Shown in pieces: positions 1-8,509 of a DNA stretch of 64,000 nucleotides. Position numbers and translations under genes: made by a program. How positions within the stretch are numbered: position 1 is the stretch's first letter; each line of letters opens with the position of its first letter. The stretch is from Chloroflexota bacterium (lineage in GTDB: Bacteria > Chloroflexota > UBA11872 > VXOZ01), in contig CAXXVD010000005.1 in assembly GCA_963662335.2 (NCBI GenBank), forward strand, positions 352,001-416,000, read 5' to 3'. A model generated the notes under the pieces. That model was not told where the DNA came from. It worked only from the letters and a program-made list of their open reading frames with translations, and did no database searches.

Positions 1-2
1 CG

Positions 3-152
3 GCCCAGTTCTTCATCGATCCGGAAGAGTGCATCGAGTGCGGCGCCTGCGAGCCGGTCTGCCCGGTGACGGCTATCTTCTTCGAGGACGATCTGCCCGA
101 CGAGTGGCGCAACTACATCCAGTTGAACGCCGACTTCTTCGCGGATCAATAG
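3..152 (+). CDS. Ferredoxin (7Fe/4Fe-4S dicluster type), 5'-truncated by the window edge
   Basis: Manual translation [49 protein letters not shown]; CxxCxxCxxxCP motif. Too short for the ORF track. Confidence 0.9.
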   Translation, partial: AQFFIDPEECIECGACEPVCPVTAIFFEDDLPDEWRNYIQLNADFFADQ

Positions 153-187
153 GCGCGGCGCGCGACAGCCACACGAGGGAATGAATA

Positions 188-248
188 GAACGCACATCTC
201 CCCGTTCATGCTTCGACGAAGTCGGCATGAACGGGGAGATGTGCGTTC
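188..248. repeat. REP-like palindrome, family D (CCGTTCATGCTTCGAC...GAACGG)
   Basis: 24-bp inverted repeat gaacgcacatctccccgttcatgc/gcatgaacggggagatgtgcgttc between convergent genes; near-identical copy at 45516-45574. Confidence 0.85.
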
Positions 249-269
249 GAGTTCGAGGTCTGCTACCTG

Positions 270-1514
270 CTACTCGGCCTGAGCGTCCGCATACGCCGCC
301 GCGAAATCCGAAGAGCCGTCGTCGTTCTCGATCTCCATACTCGACCCCTGCACGAAGCGCGGGTCGCGTGCCAGGTCGAAACCCTCTTGCAGGTCGTGCT
401 CGTAACCCGCGTATACGCTGGCGGCGCCTTCCCCAATGTGCTCCGGCCAGTGGATGCGGAAGACCTGGCGCGGCCGCGGTGGCTTCCCGTCCACCCGGTA
501 GCGCGCCACCGCCTCTTCATCCAGGCTCACGCCCAGGCCGGGGCCGTCGGGCACCGGCAGGTAGCCGCGTGCGACGGTGAACGACTCCGCGAGCAGGTCG
601 TGCTCCCAGATGTGCATGCACGAAATCGCCGGCCACTGCGCGTGGGAGAGCACCGCGCCGAAGTGCGCCGACCAGGCGGTGGTCAGGCCCAGGCCCACCA
701 ATTGCAGCCAGAACGGCTTGTTGGCGAGCGCGGCCGCCGTGCCCGCTTCCCTGACGCTTGCCGCGCTGCCGCCGACCACGAAGCCGTCGCACACGTCCGC
801 GTGCAGCGCCGTCATGATCGGCGGCGTGCCGTAGTGCATGGCCAGCGGCCGCGGCACGTGCCGCCGGATCTGCACATTGCCGGCCACGTCGCCCTGGGGA
901 ATCGGCGTCTCGATGATCGAGAGGTTTTCGTAGCGCAGCAGTGCTTGCAGCAACGGGATCGCCGTGCCCGCGTCCACCAACATGCTGTTGAAGTCAACGT
1001 CCAGGTGCACGGTGGGCGGAATTTCCGCCGCCACCGCCTGGAGTTGCGCGTGCACGTCGCGCCAGGGGCGGCCCTTGAGCTTGATGGACGTGTAGCCGCG
1101 GTCCAGCGCCTTGCGCGCCTGCGCCGCCCACTCGTCCGGCGCCATGTCCAGGCACCACCAGGAAATGGGAACCCGCGCGCGCACCTGCGCGCCCAAGAGC
1201 CGGTGCAGCGGGACGCCGGCAATCTTGCCGGCCAGGTCCCAGAGCGCCATTTCCGGCCCCGCGCCCAGCGCCGCGTCCCACAGGTGCCGGTGCGGGTCTG
1301 TGCCAATCAGCCGCTCTTTGAGATTGTCCGGCGGGCGGCCCCAGGTGTATTCCACCACGGTTTCGCCAATGCCGGTGAGGCCGGCATCGGTGTGAATGCG
1401 GCAGACCTCCACCAAGCGCCAATCCCCGCTCAGGCGCGTCATGTGCAGGTCGTGATGCTCGGTGAACGGCACCATGAGCAGGATTTGTTCCACGTCAGTA
1501 ATCGTTACGGCCAC
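270..1514 (-). CDS. Mandelate racemase/muconate lactonizing enzyme (enolase superfamily) protein
   Basis: G.GE, EMALWDLAGK..G.PLHRLLG, KLK, DFN, ETP motifs; GTG start after a GAGGAAAG RBS. Confidence 0.85.
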   Translation of the reverse strand: MAVTITDVEQILLMVPFTEHHDLHMTRLSGDWRLVEVCRIHTDAGLTGIGETVVEYTWGRPPDNLKERLIGTDPHRHLWDAALGAGPEMALWDLAGKIAGVPLHRLLGAQVRARVPISWWCLDMAPDEWAAQARKALDRGYTSIKLKGRPWRDVHAQLQAVAAEIPPTVHLDVDFNSMLVDAGTAIPLLQALLRYENLSIIETPIPQGDVAGNVQIRRHVPRPLAMHYGTPPIMTALHADVCDGFVVGGSAASVREAGTAAALANKPFWLQLVGLGLTTAWSAHFGAVLSHAQWPAISCMHIWEHDLLAESFTVARGYLPVPDGPGLGVSLDEEAVARYRVDGKPPRPRQVFRIHWPEHIGEGAASVYAGYEHDLQEGFDLARDPRFVQGSSMEIENDDGSSDFAAAYADAQAE

Positions 1515-1574
1515 GGCTTTCCTCCTCTGCTGTGTGCGCAATTCAGCACGAACGCTCGGTGTTAGAAGCCAGTG

Positions 1575-2093
1575 CTACTCAGCCCCGGACGCATCATCGT
1601 CGGCATCCCGCTTGGGGTAGTCGAAATCCAGCAGCGTGCCGCACTTCCGGTTTACATCCCGCCAGGACGACACGTCAAGCTCCAGGCGCGCCACGCCGCC
1701 CGGCGGCATTTCCCCAACGTGGGTAGTGGACAAGAGGTCGCTCAGCCCCGAAAAACCCGGATTGTGGCCCACCAGCGCCGCGTGTTCCACATCGTCGTCC
1801 AGGTTGCGCACGACGGCAAGCAGCCGGTCCGACGTGGCGTGGTAGATGTTCTCGTCATATGCGATGCGGGACTTGGGGTACCCAATCTGCTTGCCCAGCC
1901 GCCTGGCGGTGCTGCGCGCGCGTTTGGCGGGGCTGGACAGCAACACGTCCGGCATAAATCCTATTGCCGCCAAGCGCTTGCCCATCGCCGCGGCGTCGCG
2001 CTTGCCCCGCCGGTTCAGTGGGCGCGCGAAGTCCTCCGCCCCGGGCGCTTGCCAGCTTGACTTCGCGTGCCGGATTATGGTCAGCAGTTTCAT
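1575..2093 (-). CDS. sixA: SixA-type histidine phosphatase
   Basis: RHAKSSW, RPL..RG, SPA.RA..T and LVGHNPG motifs. Confidence 0.85.
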   Translation of the reverse strand: MKLLTIIRHAKSSWQAPGAEDFARPLNRRGKRDAAAMGKRLAAIGFMPDVLLSSPAKRARSTARRLGKQIGYPKSRIAYDENIYHATSDRLLAVVRNLDDDVEHAALVGHNPGFSGLSDLLSTTHVGEMPPGGVARLELDVSSWRDVNRKCGTLLDFDYPKRDADDDASGAE

Positions 2094-2102
2094 GTCAACC
2101 TC

Positions 2103-2636
2103 TCACAGCAGCAACTCGAAGATCTGCTTGCACTTGTCGTCCATGGCCTCGAAGTCGGGGATGTGAAAGCGATTCCCGTCGATGTCTATGATGAGTATCT
2201 CATTCTCTTTCGGCACGAGCACGGAGTCAAGCTCCCAGCGCATCACGAATTCGCGGACGCCGTGGTCCGTCTCCACCTCCCAGAACGACGTGCGCCACTC
2301 GTTGCGGTATTCGCGCACGGTGCGGATGCGGTAGACGCGATAGTAGGCCTCCAGCGCTTCAAAGAGAATACGCCGGGACTCCGCGTCAAGCTCGTTGGGG
2401 TTCTCGATGAGGCAGAACTCCTTGTCTTTCCCATCGAGGATTGACACGTACTGCTTAGACGTGAGCGGAAAGGCCCATACCGCCTTGCCCCGCAAGAGGC
2501 AGCGGTCGCCGGCGATTTCCGCCCGCAACTCGCCGCCCGGCCCCCGCAGCAGGCGGATTTGCGTAGGCTCCGTCGTGCCCGCGCCAATGTCGGCGACGCT
2601 CACCGGTTCCGCGTCGATGACGGCTATGTCTTCCAT
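2103..2636 (-). CDS. DUF1854-family protein
   Basis: AFPLT..YVSILD..KE, W.VETDHG.REF and I.DIDGNRF.IPD..AMD motifs; lies directly downstream of an ABC exporter, the usual pairing. Confidence 0.75.
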   Translation of the reverse strand: MEDIAVIDAEPVSVADIGAGTTEPTQIRLLRGPGGELRAEIAGDRCLLRGKAVWAFPLTSKQYVSILDGKDKEFCLIENPNELDAESRRILFEALEAYYRVYRIRTVREYRNEWRTSFWEVETDHGVREFVMRWELDSVLVPKENEILIIDIDGNRFHIPDFEAMDDKCKQIFELLL

Positions 2637-2664
2637 CGTACAACCCTAAAGTCCCGCTTGTTTG

Positions 2665-4896
2665 TTACCGCTCCACCGCCCGCAGGCGGGAGACCGTGCG
2701 CTGCATCTCCACCAACTTGTGGTAGATCCCGCGCTTGGCCAGCAATTCGTCGTGAGTCCCCACCTCGGCGACCGCGCCTTCATCCAGGACGACCAACCGG
2801 TCGGCGTTGCGCAGCGTGGAGAGCCGGTGGGCAATGGCAAACGTCGTGCGCCCCTTAATCAGGCGGCTGATAGCCTGCTGGATGGCGAACTCCGTCTCCG
2901 TATCCACCGATGCCGTGGCTTCATCCAGAATGAGGATGCGCGGGTCTTTAAGCACGGCCCGCGCGATTGAAACGCGCTGCTTTTCGCCCACCGAGAGGCG
3001 GTTGCCGCGCTCGCCCACCAGCGTATCATAGCCCTCCGGCTTGGCGACGATGAAGTCGTGGGCGTTCGCCGCCCGCGCCGCGGCAATCACCTCCGGCACG
3101 TCCGCCGTGGGCTTGGCGTAGCGGATGTTCTCCAGGACCGTGCCGCTGAAGAGAAACGGCTCTTGCAGCACCACGCCGATCTGGTCGCGCAGGCAGGTCA
3201 ACTCGATGTCGCGAATGTCGTGGCCGTCGATGCGCACCGTGCCGTGGTCGGACTCGTAGAAGCGGCAGACCAGGTGCGCCAGCGTGCTCTTGCCGGCCCC
3301 CGACTTGCCTACCAGGCCGATCATCTCGCCGGGCTCCACCTGCAAGTCAATCTTCTTCAGCACCGGCTTGGTCTTGTCGTAGCCGAACGTAACCTCTTCG
3401 AATTCCACCTCGCCCCGCAGCGGCCGCATTTCCAGCTTGCCGGGCGCGGCGTAGGGTTCGGTGGGCGTATCCATCACGTCGAAGATGCGGTCCGCGCCCA
3501 CCAACGCCCGCGACATCCAGTTGTAGATGCGGTTGAACCACTGCAAGGGGCCGTAGAGCATCCAGAGAAACTGGATGAAGGCGATCAGGTCGCCCAACGA
3601 GAGAGAGTCGTTAAGCACGGCGCTGCCGCCAAAGAACCACGCGATGAAGATGCCGGAGCCGGTGACGAAGTTGAGAATGGCGAATGAGCTATCCCAGAAG
3701 CGCGCCTCGTGTACCGTGGCCCTGGCAACCGCTTCGTTGCGGCGGTCGAAGCGGTCGATCTCCGCCTCTTCCTGCGCAAAGGCTTTCGCGACGCGGATGC
3801 CCAAGAGCGATTCGTTGAGTTGGCCGTGCAAGAGCGCCCAATTCTGGGAGACCCGCGACCAGAGCACGCGCATGCGTTTTACCAACGCCGTCCCGCCCAG
3901 CACGACCAGCGGCACCGGTATCAGCACGACGAGCGTAACTTGCCAACTCATCAGAAGCAAGATGACGAGCACGCCCAAGAGCATGACGGTATTGACCACC
4001 AAATAGGGCGCGCCGTCGATGAGAAAGTAGTTGAGACTCTCCGTATCGCGCGTCACGAGCGACAGCAGCGGGCCTTGCCCTTTGCGGTTGTGGAACGTCA
4101 GCGACATGCGCTCCAGCACTTGGTAGAGTTGGGCGCGCATGTTGGCGATAACCCGTGTGCTCAACCACGAACCGACCCAACTGCCCGCGACTTCAAGCCC
4201 GCCGGTTGTAACGTGCGCGCCGACCAGCGCCGCCACGAGCAGGGCAAGCAAGCCAAAGTTCTCCCTGGGCACCAAGACATCGTCTACCATCGTCCGGGTT
4301 ATCAACGGGGGCGTGAGTTGGACCAGCGCCCGACCCAAGGTGGCGAGAACGAGTATTGCCGCCAGAGGCTTGTAGGGAGCAAGGTAGCTGGCAATGCGCA
4401 GCATCACCGCCATCTTGCGCACGCAGCGGGGGCAGTTGCGCTCTCGATCCGGCAGGAGCGCCTGGCAGCGTTGGCAGCGGGCGCGGGGAATGTCGGTGGT
4501 GACCGCGAACGGCTCGTCTTTGGCAAGTTGCTGGATGCCGCGCGCAATCTCCGTAAACTTGGCGGCCAGGGAACTGGAGTACTCGATGATGGGGGTGAAG
4601 TAGCCGTTCACCCGCACTTCCAGGCGTCCCCCGCCCACCAGCGCCTCCGCCCGCGCGTCGGAAATCTGCGAGAGTTCCAGGTTCACGGCCTCCGGGTCGA
4701 AGCCGTCCCCGTTGGTCCCCGGCTCCGGCTCGGACAACACGGCCACGCGGCGGTCGGTCACTACGATCCACCGCGTGCCAAAGCGGCCGTCGCGCCGGAT
4801 GTCCGACGTGGCGACGAGCAGCGTCTCTTCGCCGGGCGTCATCAAGCCGCGCCACTGGGCGACGACTTCAGGATAGGGTTGATCGAAGATAACCAT
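2665..4896 (-). CDS. ABC exporter (fused TMD+NBD) with an N-terminal extension and CxxC-CxxC motif
   Basis: Walker A GKSGAGKS, LSVGEKQ, ILDEATAS and H-loop IAHRLST; six-TM region; CQRC...CPRC before the TMD. Confidence 0.9.
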   Translation of the reverse strand: MVIFDQPYPEVVAQWRGLMTPGEETLLVATSDIRRDGRFGTRWIVVTDRRVAVLSEPEPGTNGDGFDPEAVNLELSQISDARAEALVGGGRLEVRVNGYFTPIIEYSSSLAAKFTEIARGIQQLAKDEPFAVTTDIPRARCQRCQALLPDRERNCPRCVRKMAVMLRIASYLAPYKPLAAILVLATLGRALVQLTPPLITRTMVDDVLVPRENFGLLALLVAALVGAHVTTGGLEVAGSWVGSWLSTRVIANMRAQLYQVLERMSLTFHNRKGQGPLLSLVTRDTESLNYFLIDGAPYLVVNTVMLLGVLVILLLMSWQVTLVVLIPVPLVVLGGTALVKRMRVLWSRVSQNWALLHGQLNESLLGIRVAKAFAQEEAEIDRFDRRNEAVARATVHEARFWDSSFAILNFVTGSGIFIAWFFGGSAVLNDSLSLGDLIAFIQFLWMLYGPLQWFNRIYNWMSRALVGADRIFDVMDTPTEPYAAPGKLEMRPLRGEVEFEEVTFGYDKTKPVLKKIDLQVEPGEMIGLVGKSGAGKSTLAHLVCRFYESDHGTVRIDGHDIRDIELTCLRDQIGVVLQEPFLFSGTVLENIRYAKPTADVPEVIAAARAANAHDFIVAKPEGYDTLVGERGNRLSVGEKQRVSIARAVLKDPRILILDEATASVDTETEFAIQQAISRLIKGRTTFAIAHRLSTLRNADRLVVLDEGAVAEVGTHDELLAKRGIYHKLVEMQRTVSRLRAVER

Positions 4897-5094
4897 CTAT
4901 GGTCTCACTCATGGTCAAATCGGCACTCGTTCCGCGCCGGGACGCCGGCACCGAGTGCCCGCGCACCGGGATTCCGCGCGAAGATGATTCGCTCCGGCGA
5001 AACCAAGGAGAGCGCCCACGGGCGGGGATGGAAACACGCGAGCGCAAGCGCGCGGGCAGGCGGTTCACGTGCGAACCGGCAGATCGCGGCCAAG

Positions 5095-6204
5095 CTACGA
5101 GAACGGCTGATACTTGCGCACGTTGGCATTGTGCTCTTCAAGCGTGCGGCTAAAGACGTGGGAGCCGTCGCCGGTCGCGACGAAGTAGTAGAAGTCGGTT
5201 GCCGCGGGCGCCGCCACCGCTTGCAACGAGCCGAGGCCGGGGTTGCAGATCGGCCCCGGCGGCAAGCCCACGAGCCGGTAGGTGTTGTAGGGAGAATCCA
5301 CTTCCAGGTCGTCGTAGGACAACAGGCGCTTCCACCATCTGCCCTCGGCCTCCTGATAGCCTAGCGCGTACTGTATGCTGGCGCACGCTCCAAGCGGCAT
5401 ATTGACGCGCAGGCGGTTGAAGAAGACGCCGGCAATAGTCGGACGCTCGGCAGCTACCATCGCTTCCCGTTCGATGATGGCGGCCAGCGTCACCGCCTCG
5501 TGCAGGGTGAGGCCGCTTGCGCGCAGGCCCTGGCCGACCGGGCCCGCAACCTGCCTCCCAAATTGATCGAGGAGCCTGCCAATGAAGTCGCCGGTGGTGG
5601 TCTCCGGCAGCACGCGATACGTATCGGGAAAGAGATAGCCCTCCAACGAGGCCCCGGCCGGCCGCTCCGCCAGAAAGTCGCGCGCGAATTCTTGCCCGCC
5701 GCCGGCCGTGAGCGCCAGGAACTGATTCCCGTCGAGCGTGCCCCGCGCTTGCAAGTAGGCGGCGATTTCCTCGCGCCGCCACCCTTCGATCAGTGTAAGC
5801 GACAGTTCCGCCGCATAGGCGCGCTGCAGCGCCTGGATGACGTCATCCACCTTCATATCGCGCCGCAGCACGTAATCGCCGGCTTGAAACGCGCCGTCCA
5901 CGCCCTGTTGCCTGGCCCGCAGCCGGAAGGCCAGGGCGCTGCGTATCACGCCCGCCTCCCGCAACTGTTCGGCGATTTGCGACGTGGTGCTCCCCGGCGC
6001 TATGGTGAGCGCCACTTCTCCGCCGGCGTCGGCGCTCCCGACTTCCGCGCCGCCGAGGGTAGCGTCCAACAGGCCGCAGCCGGCCGCGAGACCGGCGCCG
6101 GCCGCCGCTGCCAGTCCGCGCAGCACGGTTCGCCGGGCCACGCCCTCATCCGCGCCCTTCTGCACCATGGCCGCTCTCACCTCCGGCGCTGAGGCTTGGC
6201 TCAC
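5095..6204 (-). CDS. mltG: Endolytic transglycosylase MltG (YceG)
   Basis: EGYLFPDTY, AAIIEREA, FFNRL, SPYNTY..GLPPGPICNPG and YYFVA..DGSH.F motifs; N-terminal RR and lipobox-like LAAGC. Start uncertain (6204 or 6169). Confidence 0.92.
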   Translation of the reverse strand: MSQASAPEVRAAMVQKGADEGVARRTVLRGLAAAAGAGLAAGCGLLDATLGGAEVGSADAGGEVALTIAPGSTTSQIAEQLREAGVIRSALAFRLRARQQGVDGAFQAGDYVLRRDMKVDDVIQALQRAYAAELSLTLIEGWRREEIAAYLQARGTLDGNQFLALTAGGGQEFARDFLAERPAGASLEGYLFPDTYRVLPETTTGDFIGRLLDQFGRQVAGPVGQGLRASGLTLHEAVTLAAIIEREAMVAAERPTIAGVFFNRLRVNMPLGACASIQYALGYQEAEGRWWKRLLSYDDLEVDSPYNTYRLVGLPPGPICNPGLGSLQAVAAPAATDFYYFVATGDGSHVFSRTLEEHNANVRKYQPFS

Positions 6205-6613
6205 CCTCGCTCAGCGCGGCAAAGTACGATTCGAGAATTACCGCGGCGGCCGCGGCGTCGATTGACGGCTTGCGGCGCGCGCCGGTCGGACTCTCGCGCA
6301 GGCGTTCCGCCGCGATTACGGTGGAAAACCGCTCATCCCAGAATACCACAGGCACGTCCAGCAGCGCCTCCAGCCGTTCGCCCTCCGCCCGCACGCGTTT
6401 GCCCTGGTGATGCAACGCGCCGTCGAGACTCACCGGCAGGCCAATGACGAGCGCTTCCGCTTCGTGCGCGGCCAGCAATCGCCGCACCGCCGCGCCGTCG
6501 TGTTGCCACGAACGGCGGTAGATCGTCGCCACGGGGGTTGCGATACCGACGCCAGTCTCACCGCGCGCCACCCCGATGCGCCGCTTCCCCATATCGAGAC
6601 AGAGTACGCGCAT
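6146..6613 (-). CDS. ruvX: YqgF/RuvX pre-16S rRNA nuclease (resolvase-like)
   Basis: LCLDMGKRRIGVA, VIGLP, WDERFST and D..AA.VIL motifs. Confidence 0.9.
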   Translation of the reverse strand: MRVLCLDMGKRRIGVARGETGVGIATPVATIYRRSWQHDGAAVRRLLAAHEAEALVIGLPVSLDGALHHQGKRVRAEGERLEALLDVPVVFWDERFSTVIAAERLRESPTGARRKPSIDAAAAAVILESYFAALSEGEPSLSAGGESGHGAEGRG

Positions 6614-6625
6614 GACTTCCCGTAA

Positions 6626-8236
6626 CTACCCTTCAGCCGCAAACTGAAGCGGTGATTGCACGTCAATCGCAATGCGGAACCACAAGCGCGGCATGCGCTC
6701 GTACCAATCGGGGCCCATTTCCAGTTCGAAGTCGCCCACCCCCGTCAACGCATCCAGGTACGCCTCCGCCTCCGCGCGCGTCACGTTAGTCAATTCGCGC
6801 CGCACCTTGCCCAAGTCCCACGTAGAGACCACGTCGCTCTGCGCCGTTAGCTTAAGTTGAAAGACGCCGTCGGCGAGTTCAACGGCCTCCGGCGTGCTGA
6901 GGCTCACGGTTTCGGGAACCAGCATGTATGAATCCAGTTGATTCTCCACGATTCTCGCCAGTATGAGCGGCGCAATCTCGGCAAGGTGCGTGTTCGAATA
7001 CGCCGTGCCGCGCAGTTTCATTCTCATGCGCAGCGTCACCTGCTCGGCTTCTTCGCCTACCTCCCGATCGTACGTCGCTTGCTCCACGATAACGTCCTCT
7101 TGCCAGGTTACCAGCGCATACTCCCGCGGATCGATCGACTCGCCGATCTTCTCGTACAGCCGCTGCCGCAGGGTATGGCGCAGTTGGTCGTAGAGTTGCA
7201 ACCGGTCCTGTTCGGTCACGAACGTGCTGGCGCGCATTCCACCGCCCAGAATTGGCGAGTCATTGTTCACTTCCAGGCGCTGGTTCAGCGATTGATCGTC
7301 GATGTGGGTTATGGCCCCGGCATCCACGTTGGCGCCGGGCCCGGAGTCCATTGCGACGATGCCAACGCGCCTCATACCGTAGGTGTCGCTGGCGCCGGAC
7401 GTGGGCGGAATCGTTAGATTATCCGCGGTCTCGAAGCGTCGGTTGTCATCGGTCAGCACCACTGTTCCCTTGGGCACGGAAACCGGCTGCGAGATGCGGT
7501 TGCGGAAGACCACGGAACCTTCCGCGCGTCCCACCGCTACGTCTCTCTTGCCGGTCGCGGCAACGGTCAACTCTTCCGTCTCTTCCAAGACCACCAATTT
7601 CGCCGGCATTTGGCCGGTAGCGGCATTGAAACGACTCACCTGCGGGTCGGCGATCAACTGCAATTCGGTCGTATACTGCTGTTGCACCGGCGTAAGCTCG
7701 ACCCTGGCGCTGGGCAGCACCAGATAGAGCACCCCCCAGATGCCGAAGAGCACGACTACGATGAGCGTGGCCCACGCGAGAACCCGCGCGAGCGAACGCT
7801 CCAATGGGGGCGGCGTTCTCCTGCCTCTTGGCTCCGCCAGACCGCTTCCCGGCTCTTTGCCGGGCGTGGTATGTATCGTCCGCTCCGCCGCCGGCAGCGC
7901 CTCCTTCTCACCGGCGGCCTTTGCCGTCCCCGCCGCCCCGCGCGACGGTTGCTCCTGCGCGTGCAGCGCCCCCAGCGACGCAACTACCCGGATGCCCAGG
8001 TCGTCCGCCATGGCGCGCGCGGCGCGGTCGCCGCAGACCAGGGTAAGTTCAAGCTCTTGTTGCGCCGCCTGGGCCTGCAGGTCGCGCAAGTTCTCACGGC
8101 TCTGCAGGGCCGGGCAGTTGTTGGCTACCAGCGCCCCGGAGGGCCCGGGCGCGCGTTGGAGTTTCTCGATGATGGCCGCGACATCATCACCGCGGCCGGC
8201 GTAGATGATACGGCTGCTTGAATAGGGGCGTGCCAT
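6626..8236 (-). CDS. Single-pass membrane protein with a baseplate J/gp47-like extracellular region
   Basis: N-terminal cytoplasmic domain, low-complexity linker, one TM (aa ~150-172), then A.G.V.F.N..VP.GT...F.T...V.A..PG..NV.AG.I pattern typical of baseplate-J-like domains. Confidence 0.65.
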   Translation of the reverse strand: MARPYSSSRIIYAGRGDDVAAIIEKLQRAPGPSGALVANNCPALQSRENLRDLQAQAAQQELELTLVCGDRAARAMADDLGIRVVASLGALHAQEQPSRGAAGTAKAAGEKEALPAAERTIHTTPGKEPGSGLAEPRGRRTPPPLERSLARVLAWATLIVVVLFGIWGVLYLVLPSARVELTPVQQQYTTELQLIADPQVSRFNAATGQMPAKLVVLEETEELTVAATGKRDVAVGRAEGSVVFRNRISQPVSVPKGTVVLTDDNRRFETADNLTIPPTSGASDTYGMRRVGIVAMDSGPGANVDAGAITHIDDQSLNQRLEVNNDSPILGGGMRASTFVTEQDRLQLYDQLRHTLRQRLYEKIGESIDPREYALVTWQEDVIVEQATYDREVGEEAEQVTLRMRMKLRGTAYSNTHLAEIAPLILARIVENQLDSYMLVPETVSLSTPEAVELADGVFQLKLTAQSDVVSTWDLGKVRRELTNVTRAEAEAYLDALTGVGDFELEMGPDWYERMPRLWFRIAIDVQSPLQFAAEG

Positions 8237-8415
8237 AGCGTAACGACGGGCAATTCGAGGAAGAGGGTGGCAGGATGCGCGGAAACATTCGGATTCCGCT
8301 TACACGTATACTATACCCGATTTGCAGTATCACGTACAGGATTGCGGGAGCGAGGGCGCCGGCGCGCCGCAGAACACCCAGGCAAAGCCAAACACCAAGC
8401 CACGCCGGCATAGGC

Positions 8416-8445
8416 TTGACGCTCTATCTGCCTGTTACCTATACT
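8416..8445 (+). promoter_or_regulatory. Sigma70-type promoter for binding protein 1
   Basis: TTGACG-18 bp-TATACT about 65 bp upstream of the ATG at 8510. Confidence 0.6.
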
Positions 8446-8509
8446 GAACCCGTGACGAACGGAGAATGGCGCATTGGGGCGCTCGCCCCACGCACCGAGG
8501 AGGTACCTC

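Noticed and set aside
6626-8236. Prophage, tailocin or T6SS suggested by the baseplate-J-like domain
   Set aside because: No sheath, tube, spike, terminase or integrase genes; the protein has a TM and sits among housekeeping genes.
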